Notes under the pieces: generated by a model
Seen by the model: the letters and a program-made list of their open reading frames with translations, nothing else
Databases searched by the model: none
What the model was told of the DNA's origin: nothing
DNA from: a virus
IMG/VR virus record: IMGVR_UViG_3300027963_005443
Length of the DNA: 64,000 nucleotides
Reading direction: 5' to 3' (one strand)
Shown: in pieces, positions 30,075-40,103 of the stretch
Numbering within the stretch: the stretch's first letter is position 1
Layout of the letters: every line of letters starts with the position of its first letter
Program-made: the position numbers and the translations under genes

Positions 30075-30113
30075 ATTCTCCTTTAGTTTTTTTATGGTTA
30101 ATCAATCGAATAA

Positions 30114-33100
30114 CTAAGTTTGGTTACAGGTGATTTCATTGCTTAATTCCCAACCGACATACCGACCATCTGCGTTACCGCAACCAGAGTCCATGGATGT
30201 TGAGCAAAAAGTTGCAGAATTATACGGTGAATCATTTACATACAATGCGGGCACATCGCAGATTTTTGTGCTTACGGGATGCGAAGACATATATGTCCCA
30301 AAGCTATCTATAACTACTCCACAATTGCAACCGTAATTAATGTTTTGCCATTCTACCACGAAGTATCCAGTATCGGCAGTGGGACCGGCTGAACAGCTAT
30401 CATTATCTATGAATTTAGCAGTCTTATACCAATTAAGAGATCCATCAAAAGCTTGAAACCCATTTCCTCCACTAGGACAACAACATTTAACTCCATCAAT
30501 TCCGTTTGACACATCAAAATATATTGTTTCAGGAGGACCCATATATTTTATAGACGCCAATGAACAAGGATTGGTAAGACTATCATCGTTATTTAGTTGG
30601 TAGCTTGCAATATTTATTCTGCCATAATTTCCATTATTATTAGCTTGTGATAATACCGTTCTTACTTGATTATTGCTTCTAAATAAATAGTTTGGATTAA
30701 ATCTTTTTATTACCATTTTGCTTAATGGACAAGTGCTGAATGTCTCTGATCCTTGGAAATGAGCTGTAGGATGGCCTATAAATATGCCGCCTATAGTATC
30801 ATTTAAACTCAAATCCACAGTTCCTAAATTATTATTATTAAGATAAAGATCAATATTGTCGTCTTTGGCAGCATTTGAATTACAAATCCATACCACAACC
30901 ACACGACAATAACACTTATATGGAACTGGCGATTTTGTTAGGGTTAAGGTTGCAGTTTTAGTTGGTGTCAGTGTTGGTGTTGATGTCAGTGTTGGAGTAA
31001 GTGTTGGGGTAAGTGTAAGTGTTGGAGTAGGAGTAGGAGGAGGCAAAGCAATACAAACCTCATTTGACATGCAAGGCTTTTTGCAAAATACCCTGAAACA
31101 TATTTCATTTGCTCCAACAGGACCATTGTTGGCTCCTACTTTCATATACTCGCTCAAGGACCCAGTTTCACAGTTTCCGCATCTACCTGGACGGAGGCAT
31201 ACGCACAGTTTATCAACGCTTCTTTGTGCAGAAACATAAGGCAACCCGTCCTGCTCATCGTTGGTACAGACAAAACTCGGCAAGTCATCACTTTGGGTGG
31301 CATACTTCCAGTAGCCAGAATTTAAACCATTACCCTTATAATAAGCAGCTTTGTACCATTCGTCTTCACTTGGTATCCAATACTTGGCATTAGTATTCTT
31401 TTCCACAATTCCACATTTTGGAACTATTCCATTGAGAGTATATGCTCCATCTTCTGTAGAAGAAGAATCAAGCATACCATTGTGAAGCCAATTACAAAAT
31501 CTAGCGCAGTCGTACCAATCCACAAGAACTACAGGTTTATTACACATTCTACTCTTTGTGGAATAAGTGTAATTTGGAGAAGATCCATTTCTCACTATAC
31601 CACAATTTACATTATATATATTATCATCTCCTTTATATAATCCGTAATCATCTTTCTTGGCAATACTATTTAAAAAAGAGCAATACTGTTTGTTGGTGAT
31701 AGAATATTTTCCTATTGAATACTTGTAAGAAACAGAACCAAATCCAGAATTTCCATTATCATCTACGGACATATCAGACCGATTATTCAAATCTTCAATA
31801 TCCATAAAGCGTATTCCGCTAAAAGACTCATCATTTAAAGTACAAAGCCTAAACCCTAATGATTCATGAAAAACATGTGCTCCCACCACTTTTGGATGGT
31901 TAGATGAGAGACCGTCTACATTCATCCAAGAACCACCTCTCCAGACTATGCAGGATTTATCCGAACAACCGGCAACATTATTTTCTGCCCAATCTAAAGT
32001 TATTCCGCTTCCTATTATGTTCCAAACATTACCGCTCATGTCATAAGTTCCATAGGCACTTGGTCCACCATTTGTGCCAATGGTGGTAACATTGGATGTA
32101 GAGCGATGAGCAAAATCAGTGGCTGGCCATTTATTGTATCCCGAGTTTACATGTTGAGGTCCGTCATTTAAATCTACATGATCTAAAAATGTTATCCAAC
32201 CCGGGGAACCTGGTTCGTTGGTCTTGTATTCAATTCCATTGCAACAATTATCATTTCTAAGTAAATTTATAATATAATTTAAATCTCCATTACCTAGTAT
32301 TCTTCCATCAGTTGTAACAGAGCCAATTATTATTGGAGGATTACATTCTTGACAACCTTCGCAACCTGGGTTTATTGGATCCCAATTACAAGAAGTACTA
32401 GTTAGTGTTGGGGTAGAGGTGAGCGTTGGAGTTAACGTTAAAGTTGAAGTTAAAGTGAAAGTTGGAGTTAATGTAGGAGTGACAGTTGGTGTTTTGGTAA
32501 GCGTAGGAGTGAGCGTAGGAGTGAGCGTAGGAGTTGGAGTAGATGTAGAAGTGGGGGTGGCTCCTGGGGTTGGATCGGGAACAATACAAGATATGCCGTC
32601 GCCCACATTGTTAGCACACACACAATCGGGAAGAGTGTCACTCTGGGTGGCATATGTCCAATATCCTCCAGAACCATTCTTGTTTGGATCATAATAAGCA
32701 GCTTTATACCATTCATTTTCATTGGGAACGAAATAAAGAGCATCTGGGTTTCTTGAAAATGCTGCGCTTCCAATTGCAGGCAAGGAACCGATCAAGCCGT
32801 CTCTGTCGACCTCACCGCCGGAGGGTGCTCCACCCAAAGTATATGCTCCAGTTTCGGTGCTGCTAGTGGACTGGCCTCCGTTATGAAGCCAATTACATAA
32901 TCTTGCTGCACAAAACCAATTGACAAAATTAACTGGTTTATTACCCATGTTAATTTTGGAAGAATAGGAGTAATTTCCAGAACTTCCAGTTCTCAATATT
33001 CCTCCTATAGAAAGATCGCCCATATTAGGACTGTATACTCCATAATCATCAGTTTTGGCAACTGAATTCAGAAATTGCACGTATTCATCATTGGTTAATT

Positions 33101-34100
33101 CATATTTTTGAATTTTATAATTATAAGAAACGGAACCATAAGCAGAATCGGGAGGATTATTTGGATTACCAATAGATACAAAACTACTATAGTCTAAGGG
33201 ATTTTCGATAGAGGCAATTCTAAATCCTATCCAGTAATATTTAATATCAACAGTATCGTTTCTCCACGATTTACTTAGTCCCATGGGACCCTCGTTGAAA
33301 GATCCTCCTCTCATAACACGAACACTTGGATTAAATTTTATTATTGTATCTGTAATTTCGTTTAAATTTCCGGTTTGATCGCATGTTCCATAAGCGCTTG
33401 GACCTCCGTTAGTGCCAACAGAGGTTTGATTTCCATTTCCGATCACTGAGCCGAAACCAGGTGGAACAGAGAGCCCCCAAAAAGAACAATCTTTGCCGCC
33501 ATTAGCACTATTTCTTCCCACCAGGGATATATCTGGAAGTTCTTCTTGACTTAATGGTCCATCGTAAATCTCTATTCTATAGACTGACCCCGGACAGTAT
33601 TCGTTTGGAACCTCAAGATCATCTATAAAAAATAAAAGGGTATTATTATCTGCCACTGCTTCATTGAGTGTATCTACCCAAGAAAATTTACTAATGTTAT
33701 TGACATATACGGCAACAACATTACTTGCACCATCTCTAGAAATAATCAATCTTAGTATTTTATTTGAAATTATAGTATTATCTATACTCTCGTAGGGCTC
33801 CCACTGAATGCGTCCCCTATTACCATACAAACCAATGTCAGAGGTTCTATTTTTTGTATCTAGTATTCTTTGTAAATCTCCAGTAGTACTTAAATCAAAT
33901 TTGAAGTCTATTATTATTGTATAATTATCATTATAAGCTAAGGCATCTTTAAGAATCAAACCTTGGTTAGCACTAGACGACCCACCAAAATTATAAGAAT
34001 TACTAGTGAGTATACCTCCGTTTGGCCGCAGGGATGGTCCTCCCAGTGTATCATTTAAATTGTTTTTGAATTCGTATAAATGTATGAGAGAGGCTGGCAT
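30114..34100 (-). CDS. Putative receptor-binding protein A: LamG-like domain + 2 permuted FGE/CLec domains + TPT linkers
   Basis: LIHLYEFKNNLND N-domain; two GPSAYGT.D..GN / RGGS / GFR / KY..TN / EWYKAAYY sets. Confidence 0.75.
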   Translation of the reverse strand: MPASLIHLYEFKNNLNDTLGGPSLRPNGGILTSNSYNFGGSSSANQGLILKDALAYNDNYTIIIDFKFDLSTTGDLQRILDTKNRTSDIGLYGNRGRIQWEPYESIDNTIISNKILRLIISRDGASNVVAVYVNNISKFSWVDTLNEAVADNNTLLFFIDDLEVPNEYCPGSVYRIEIYDGPLSQEELPDISLVGRNSANGGKDCSFWGLSVPPGFGSVIGNGNQTSVGTNGGPSAYGTCDQTGNLNEITDTIIKFNPSVRVMRGGSFNEGPMGLSKSWRNDTVDIKYYWIGFRIASIENPLDYSSFVSIGNPNNPPDSAYGSVSYNYKIQKYELTNDEYVQFLNSVAKTDDYGVYSPNMGDLSIGGILRTGSSGNYSYSSKINMGNKPVNFVNWFCAARLCNWLHNGGQSTSSTETGAYTLGGAPSGGEVDRDGLIGSLPAIGSAAFSRNPDALYFVPNENEWYKAAYYDPNKNGSGGYWTYATQSDTLPDCVCANNVGDGISCIVPDPTPGATPTSTSTPTPTLTPTLTPTLTKTPTVTPTLTPTFTLTSTLTLTPTLTSTPTLTSTSCNWDPINPGCEGCQECNPPIIIGSVTTDGRILGNGDLNYIINLLRNDNCCNGIEYKTNEPGSPGWITFLDHVDLNDGPQHVNSGYNKWPATDFAHRSTSNVTTIGTNGGPSAYGTYDMSGNVWNIIGSGITLDWAENNVAGCSDKSCIVWRGGSWMNVDGLSSNHPKVVGAHVFHESLGFRLCTLNDESFSGIRFMDIEDLNNRSDMSVDDNGNSGFGSVSYKYSIGKYSITNKQYCSFLNSIAKKDDYGLYKGDDNIYNVNCGIVRNGSSPNYTYSTKSRMCNKPVVLVDWYDCARFCNWLHNGMLDSSSTEDGAYTLNGIVPKCGIVEKNTNAKYWIPSEDEWYKAAYYKGNGLNSGYWKYATQSDDLPSFVCTNDEQDGLPYVSAQRSVDKLCVCLRPGRCGNCETGSLSEYMKVGANNGPVGANEICFRVFCKKPCMSNEVCIALPPPTPTPTLTLTPTLTPTLTSTPTLTPTKTATLTLTKSPVPYKCYCRVVVVWICNSNAAKDDNIDLYLNNNNLGTVDLSLNDTIGGIFIGHPTAHFQGSETFSTCPLSKMVIKRFNPNYLFRSNNQVRTVLSQANNNGNYGRINIASYQLNNDDSLTNPCSLASIKYMGPPETIYFDVSNGIDGVKCCCPSGGNGFQAFDGSLNWYKTAKFIDNDSCSAGPTADTGYFVVEWQNINYGCNCGVVIDSFGTYMSSHPVSTKICDVPALYVNDSPYNSATFCSTSMDSGCGNADGRYVGWELSNEITCNQT
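31513..32270. repeat. ~758-bp identical direct repeat, copy 1
   Basis: Line-by-line comparison found no mismatch to 35365-36122 (offset 3852). Confidence 0.85.
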
Positions 34101-34130
34101 TTATTTTATATATTGAAGATAACGCATAAT

Positions 34131-37100
34131 TTACATGGAATCAATCACATAACTTTTGTCATTAGCCACAGTAACAACGTCCAGTGGCATGCAGTAACTT
34201 AAAACTACTTTTCCCTTATTATCCACTACTCTTATCCAATTTATACCGCTGTGACAACCTCCTGCTCCCCAGTAACAGGTCAACTGAAATGTATATTCAT
34301 CCTTGCCTGGGAACGGGCGATCGGCTCCACCTTTTTTCGGCTTAACATTACCAGGAATGATTGCGTAATCGTATCTAGCCATAGGATTATTAGCCTTGTC
34401 TGAGAAGGGGTATATTGATGTAAATTTAGAATTATTAGGGGACCTATAATCGAAAGGATCATCTGCTCCTCCTCCATTATTTGTGTTCATTGTCTTAACA
34501 AACACTCCATTTATGTTTAAATTAAACTTAGCGGCATTGCATCCGTGACTACCGTCGCATGATCCCCCCGGCGCCCACCAGCTTTCGGGGCCAGCACCGT
34601 GCTGGGGATCATATATAATCTCTACTCTGTATCCTGCAATTTGGCCTACTGGAGATAGGGGGATCGGGGTAGCAGTTGGGGTTTGGGTTTTTGTTAAGGT
34701 TGGGGTCAAGGTAGGTGTTGGAGGTATGGTAGAGGTCATAGTGGCCGTTAAGCTTGCTGTCGGCACGATAGTCAGAGTAGGCGTCTCTGTAAGTGTGGGG
34801 GTGCTAGTGAGAGTGGGTGTAGACGTAAGCGTAGGAGTTAATGTTTGTGTTGATGTAGGGGTGGGAGTAGGCGTAGGAGGAGGCAAGGGAATACAAACCT
34901 CATTTGACATACAGGGTTTTATACAGAAAACTCTAAAACATATTTCTGTGGCGCCATATGGTCCATTATTGGCCCCAACTTTCATATACTCGCTCAAAGA
35001 CCCAGTTCTACAATTGCCACATCTATTTGGGTCTAGGCACACACAGAGACTATCGTCACTTCTTTGCGTGGAAGCATAAGGAAGTCCATCCTGTTGACTG
35101 TTGGTGCATACAAAACTCGGCAAGTCATCACTTTGGGTTGCATACTTCCAGTAACCAGAATTTAAACCATTGCCCTTATAATAAGCAGCTTTGTACCATT
35201 CGTCTTCACTTGGTATCCAATACTTGGCATTAGTATTCTTTTCCACAATTCCACATTTTGGAACTATTCCATTGAGAGTATATGCTCCATCCTCTGTAGT
35301 TAAAGTATCTTGATTTCCATTAAGCATACCATTATGAAGCCAATTACAAAATCTAGCACAATCATACCAATCCACAAGAACTACAGGTTTATTACACATT
35401 CTACTCTTTGTGGAATAAGTGTAATTTGGAGAAGATCCATTTCTCACTATACCACAATTTACATTATATATATTATCATCTCCTTTATATAATCCGTAAT
35501 CATCTTTCTTGGCAATACTATTTAAAAAAGAGCAATACTGTTTGTTGGTGATAGAATATTTTCCTATTGAATACTTGTAAGAAACAGAACCAAATCCAGA
35601 ATTTCCATTATCATCTACGGACATATCAGACCGATTATTCAAATCTTCAATATCCATAAAGCGTATTCCGCTAAAAGACTCATCATTTAAAGTACAAAGC
35701 CTAAACCCTAATGATTCATGAAAAACATGTGCTCCCACCACTTTTGGATGGTTAGATGAGAGACCGTCTACATTCATCCAAGAACCACCTCTCCAGACTA
35801 TGCAGGATTTATCCGAACAACCGGCAACATTATTTTCTGCCCAATCTAAAGTTATTCCGCTTCCTATTATGTTCCAAACATTACCGCTCATGTCATAAGT
35901 TCCATAGGCACTTGGTCCACCATTTGTGCCAATGGTGGTAACATTGGATGTAGAGCGATGAGCAAAATCAGTGGCTGGCCATTTATTGTATCCCGAGTTT
36001 ACATGTTGAGGTCCGTCATTTAAATCTACATGATCTAAAAATGTTATCCAACCCGGGGAACCTGGTTCGTTGGTCTTGTATTCAATTCCATTGCAACAAT
36101 TATCATTTCTAAGTAAATTTATTATATAATTTAATTTTCCATTACTTAGCAATTCCCCATTAGTGGTAACAGAACCTATTATGATTGGAGGATTACATTC
36201 TTGACAACCTGTGCATCCTGGGTTTGTTGGATCCCAATTACAAGAAGTACTAGTTAGTGTTGGGGTGGAGGTGAGCGTTGGAGTTAAAGATAGAGTTGGA
36301 GTTAAAGTATTTGTTGATGTTAATGTTGGGGTTACAGTTGGTGTTTTGGTAAGCGTAGGGGTGATTGTGGGAGTTAGTGTGGGAGTAAGAGTTAAAGTTG
36401 GCGTTGGCGTGGAGGTAGATGTGGAAGTGGGCGTAACTCCGAGAGTAGATGTCAATGTAGGTGTTGGGTCGGGAGGAACACACACTATGCCATCGCCAAT
36501 ATTACTTGCGCATACACAGTCCGGGGTGATGTCACTCTGTGTCGCATAAGTCCAGTATCCTCCAGAACCATTCTTGTTGGGATCATAATATGCAGCCTTA
36601 TACCATTCATTTTCATTGGGAATAAAATAAAGAGCATTTGGATTTCTTGAAAAGGTTGCGCTATTAGTAACAGCTCCATTTAATGTGTATGCTCCGGTTT
36701 CAGTACTACTAGATGCTGCGCCTCCGTTATGAAGCCAGTTGCATAGTCTTGCCGCACAAAACCAACTTACAAAATTAACAGGTTTATCACCCATATTAAT
36801 TTTAGAAGAATAGGAGTAATTTCCAGAACTTCCAGTTCTTAATATGCCTCCTGCTGGGGTGCTTCCCATGTTAGAACTATATAATACATAATTATCGGTC
36901 TTTGCCACTGAATTTAAAAATTGAGCATATTCATCATTGGTTAACTCATATTTTTGTATTTTATAATTATAAGAAACAGAACCAAATCCAGTATCATCGG
37001 AAGGATTATTGATATTTCCTATCAAAACAAAATTACTATAATTTAATGTGTTGGTAATAGAAGCTATCCTAAATCCCAAATCAGATAAGCCCAAAGGATA

Positions 37101-37958
37101 TTCTACATTGGTGGCGACTTGCCTTGCAAGGTTGGATATGCCAATGGGTGTTGTTGACGACGAGGATCTAAATGAACCTCCTCTGAGATAATGAGCATCG
37201 TTGCTGTTGGGCAGTGGGACGAAGCTTCCATAAGGAGTCTCTGTCCATTCAGCAATATTCCCTGTTTGATCGTATGTTCCATAAGCGCTTGGACCTCCGT
37301 TAGTGCCAACAGTAGTTTGATTTCCTTCACCCGGAAATCCTGCACCCCAAAAAGCGCATGTATCATAATTAGTTTTATTTCTTCCGGCAGGGGATATCTC
37401 TGGCAATTCTGTCTGGGCCAGCGGTCCATCATAAACTTCTATTCTATAGACGTGACCAGGATCGCACTCATTAGGAACCTCAAGATCGTCTATAAAAAAC
37501 AAAAGAGTATTATTAAATGCTATAGCCTCACCAATGGTATCAACCCAAGAAAATTTACTGCTATTGTCAACATATGTATTAACTACATTACTTTGGCCGT
37601 CTCTAGTGATAACAACTCTTGATGTTTTGCCTGCCACTATAAGGCCATCATCTATGCTCAGATAAGGAAACCATTGAAGGTGACCTTGGTAACCATATAA
37701 TCCCCTATCTGAGGTTCTATTTTTTGTATCTAATATTCTTTGCAAATTGCCGGGAAGGCTATCAAATTTAAAGTCTATTATTATTGTATAGCTATTATTA
37801 TAGGCCAATGCATTTTCAAGAATTAACCCTTGGTTGGGACCAAAACTATAGGAGTTGGAACCGGTAAGCGCTCCTCCGATTGCCCGGATTGGCGGTCCAC
37901 CTAGTGTATCATTTAAACTATTTTTGAATTCGTATACATGTATAAGAGAGGCTGGCAT
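34131..37958 (-). CDS. Putative receptor-binding protein B, tandem paralogue of A with a different C-terminal domain
   Basis: Same architecture as A; the C-terminal ~200 aa are unrelated. Confidence 0.75.
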   Translation of the reverse strand: MPASLIHVYEFKNSLNDTLGGPPIRAIGGALTGSNSYSFGPNQGLILENALAYNNSYTIIIDFKFDSLPGNLQRILDTKNRTSDRGLYGYQGHLQWFPYLSIDDGLIVAGKTSRVVITRDGQSNVVNTYVDNSSKFSWVDTIGEAIAFNNTLLFFIDDLEVPNECDPGHVYRIEVYDGPLAQTELPEISPAGRNKTNYDTCAFWGAGFPGEGNQTTVGTNGGPSAYGTYDQTGNIAEWTETPYGSFVPLPNSNDAHYLRGGSFRSSSSTTPIGISNLARQVATNVEYPLGLSDLGFRIASITNTLNYSNFVLIGNINNPSDDTGFGSVSYNYKIQKYELTNDEYAQFLNSVAKTDNYVLYSSNMGSTPAGGILRTGSSGNYSYSSKINMGDKPVNFVSWFCAARLCNWLHNGGAASSSTETGAYTLNGAVTNSATFSRNPNALYFIPNENEWYKAAYYDPNKNGSGGYWTYATQSDITPDCVCASNIGDGIVCVPPDPTPTLTSTLGVTPTSTSTSTPTPTLTLTPTLTPTITPTLTKTPTVTPTLTSTNTLTPTLSLTPTLTSTPTLTSTSCNWDPTNPGCTGCQECNPPIIIGSVTTNGELLSNGKLNYIINLLRNDNCCNGIEYKTNEPGSPGWITFLDHVDLNDGPQHVNSGYNKWPATDFAHRSTSNVTTIGTNGGPSAYGTYDMSGNVWNIIGSGITLDWAENNVAGCSDKSCIVWRGGSWMNVDGLSSNHPKVVGAHVFHESLGFRLCTLNDESFSGIRFMDIEDLNNRSDMSVDDNGNSGFGSVSYKYSIGKYSITNKQYCSFLNSIAKKDDYGLYKGDDNIYNVNCGIVRNGSSPNYTYSTKSRMCNKPVVLVDWYDCARFCNWLHNGMLNGNQDTLTTEDGAYTLNGIVPKCGIVEKNTNAKYWIPSEDEWYKAAYYKGNGLNSGYWKYATQSDDLPSFVCTNSQQDGLPYASTQRSDDSLCVCLDPNRCGNCRTGSLSEYMKVGANNGPYGATEICFRVFCIKPCMSNEVCIPLPPPTPTPTPTSTQTLTPTLTSTPTLTSTPTLTETPTLTIVPTASLTATMTSTIPPTPTLTPTLTKTQTPTATPIPLSPVGQIAGYRVEIIYDPQHGAGPESWWAPGGSCDGSHGCNAAKFNLNINGVFVKTMNTNNGGGADDPFDYRSPNNSKFTSIYPFSDKANNPMARYDYAIIPGNVKPKKGGADRPFPGKDEYTFQLTCYWGAGGCHSGINWIRVVDNKGKVVLSYCMPLDVVTVANDKSYVIDSM
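35365..36122. repeat. ~758-bp identical direct repeat, copy 2
   Basis: Matches 31513-32270; the flanks show mainly synonymous differences. Confidence 0.85.
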
Positions 37959-37992
37959 TTATTTTATATATTGAAAGTAATATATAATTTAT

Positions 37993-38442
37993 ATGGATTT
38001 TAAAACATTCTTTGAACAAGAAGATAGCAAAAGCATAAAAAAAACTATAGGTAAATTACCTAGGGGTCATCAAAAACTTTTGGATGGATTTAAATTTAGA
38101 TACACATCAGACAACACCTTGGACAACGATCATGGTCATGTAGGAATAATCCAGGGCAAAAATATAGAAGTATCAGCGCCTTGGAATTATGGTAGAGAAT
38201 GGGTCACATTGCACGAAATAGCCCACAGAATATGGGAAGAAAAGATGACAAAAGAACTCAAAAAAGAATGGAGTCCTTTAGCCAAAAAAATTAAGAACAA
38301 AAATAGAGATAATAAATCTTTACAACAAAACGATGAAGAGCTTTTTGCTATGGCCTATGCAGCCACCTATGCAAAACATCCTGTTGTTACATTCCATCAC
38401 AAGGAATGGATCGAGTTTATTAAAGAAAAAGTTCCAAGTTAA
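37993..38442 (+). CDS. HExxH zincin-like protein with CTS-like N-terminus
   Basis: MDFKTFFEQE; WVTLHEIAHRIW; downstream EELFA. Confidence 0.6.
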   Translation: MDFKTFFEQEDSKSIKKTIGKLPRGHQKLLDGFKFRYTSDNTLDNDHGHVGIIQGKNIEVSAPWNYGREWVTLHEIAHRIWEEKMTKELKKEWSPLAKKIKNKNRDNKSLQQNDEELFAMAYAATYAKHPVVTFHHKEWIEFIKEKVPS

Positions 38443-39167
38443 ATCGGTCTAGATTGCACATCACTCAATAACTTTGGAAGAGTAGTCATTGCATCTTCGG
38501 TCAATCTTTCATAATCATTAATATCTAGACTGAATATCTGGTAATGGTGGCAGATAGGATTCTTCATTACCTGCGGGTTGTATCCCTTATTCTGTGTTTT
38601 GAGGGTCATAAGGAAACTCATACCAACCTGTGGGAGCATTTCATTCCAAGGACCACAATTTTCCCAACATTCTTTTGTCATTAAACAAAGATACTCTTGT
38701 AAAAACTCTACCTTTTGATCACCCATCATATAGCTTGAAAAATCAACGCCAACAAGACCGGCTTTATTATTTTCTGCGACATTTATTAGAAGATCCAACC
38801 ATGCCGCATTGAGTATGACAACATCACAATGCATAAAAATAAAGTACTTTGAATTTTTATCAGCAGCTTTTGCACCCTTATTTGCAGCACTGCTCCAAAA
38901 TTCATTCTTCGGAAGTCTAACGAGTTTAACCTCATTTTTAATATCTTCCAAAAACGACTGAGACTCTTCTCCACTTCCATTATCAACAACTATTATTTCA
39001 TAATTATTACTAAAACTAGTGACAGCAATACTCTGAAGACAAATATTGAGATACTCAGGCCTGTCCTTATGGACCACTATGATGCTGACTTGTTCTTCGG
39101 TGCTGTTGTGCATCGGTATAGAGAGTTCTGCACGGTCGCCTTCGAGGGGATTGTATGGTTTAGCCAT
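38439..39167 (-). CDS. GT2 glycosyltransferase
   Basis: VSIIVVHKDR, EIIVVDNGS, AANKGA, FMHCDVV. Confidence 0.85.
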   Translation of the reverse strand: MAKPYNPLEGDRAELSIPMHNSTEEQVSIIVVHKDRPEYLNICLQSIAVTSFSNNYEIIVVDNGSGEESQSFLEDIKNEVKLVRLPKNEFWSSAANKGAKAADKNSKYFIFMHCDVVILNAAWLDLLINVAENNKAGLVGVDFSSYMMGDQKVEFLQEYLCLMTKECWENCGPWNEMLPQVGMSFLMTLKTQNKGYNPQVMKNPICHHYQIFSLDINDYERLTEDAMTTLPKLLSDVQSRPI

Positions 39168-39180
39168 ATTATTTTCCTTG

Positions 39181-39217
39181 GTTAGATTTAGATCTATTGG
39201 TTAGATTTAGATCTATT
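39181..39217. repeat. 18-bp direct repeat x2 (period 19) upstream of the GT2 gene
   Basis: gttagatttagatctatt at 39181 and 39200. Confidence 0.8.
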
Positions 39218-39226
39218 ATAGACTTT

Positions 39227-39439
39227 TCATTCTTCTGTTTCAATGTCAAAGATTGAATATTCACAAGAACACTCAACTGAAAAACCCTGGGCTGTTTGAA
39301 TTAATTGTTTTGTATTTTTAGCAAGAGAATTAAAATAAGTCTCAGCTTTTAATATGTCCTTAAAAGCTTTTTCAACTTTAACAAAGATAAATTCTCCGTT
39401 AATTTGTCTTGCCACATTTACTATTAAAAAAACCTTCAC
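39227..39439 (-). CDS. Hypothetical protein
   Basis: 70 aa ORF in a co-oriented run. Confidence 0.6.
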   Translation of the reverse strand: MKVFLIVNVARQINGEFIFVKVEKAFKDILKAETYFNSLAKNTKQLIQTAQGFSVECSCEYSIFDIETEE

Positions 39440-39729
39440 TCTGGGAACTCCAATTCTTTTATTTCTTTAGGTTTCTGCTTTTCTTCTTTTATAATTTCTT
39501 TTTGAGCTATCATGATGTTCTTGTCTAAAGTTCTTATAAATCCCTCTAGTGCTTGGTGAGGATAACTTGAGGCCATTTTTTTCAGACGATTTTTAACCTT
39601 TTCATCTAAATCTTTTGAGTCTATCAATTTGGTGACAGTTTTAAAATTTATAATTTTAAAACTACAGGGCTGTCTTGATTCATCTTGGCCCGCTGATAAT
39701 TGAAACTTAAGATTCTCTGCTTCTAGCAT
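39436..39729 (-). CDS. Hypothetical protein
   Basis: 97 aa ORF with overlapping start/stop junctions. Confidence 0.6.
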   Translation of the reverse strand: MLEAENLKFQLSAGQDESRQPCSFKIINFKTVTKLIDSKDLDEKVKNRLKKMASSYPHQALEGFIRTLDKNIMIAQKEIIKEEKQKPKEIKELEFPE

Positions 39730-40040
39730 TATTCGTCCTCCTTGCTTTCTTCGTTTTCTTCAAAATTCCTATATCTTTCAAATTTATTATTTTTTAAGTC
39801 AGACAATAGACTTCCAACATTTACTAGCGGATTATTATTAAATTTATATTCTTTTAAATTATCTCCGACTAAAGTCCTCAATGCAATATCTTGTATTTCT
39901 TTTTTCTTATCGTCAGATAATTCATGATCTAAAAAATAAACACTACTATCTGCGTAATTAAACATGCAAAGGTGTTTGTTATCTCCTATCTTAACTAAAA
40001 CTGGCACCAAATATTCTATAGAAATCTTTTCCATAAACAT
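39729..40040 (-). CDS. Hypothetical protein
   Basis: 103 aa ORF. Confidence 0.6.
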   Translation of the reverse strand: MFMEKISIEYLVPVLVKIGDNKHLCMFNYADSSVYFLDHELSDDKKKEIQDIALRTLVGDNLKEYKFNNNPLVNVGSLLSDLKNNKFERYRNFEENEESKEDE

Positions 40041-40103
40041 AATTGAGTTAAAATTTTCTGAAAATGTTTAGTATATACATTATGCTAATACAATCCTAAC
40101 AAA

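Noticed and set aside
30114-37958. Diversity-generating retroelement acting on the FGE/CLec domains
   Set aside because: No reverse transcriptase in the window. The repeat pair is identical rather than differing at adenines, and both copies lie in coding sequence. A DGR elsewhere in the genome cannot be excluded.
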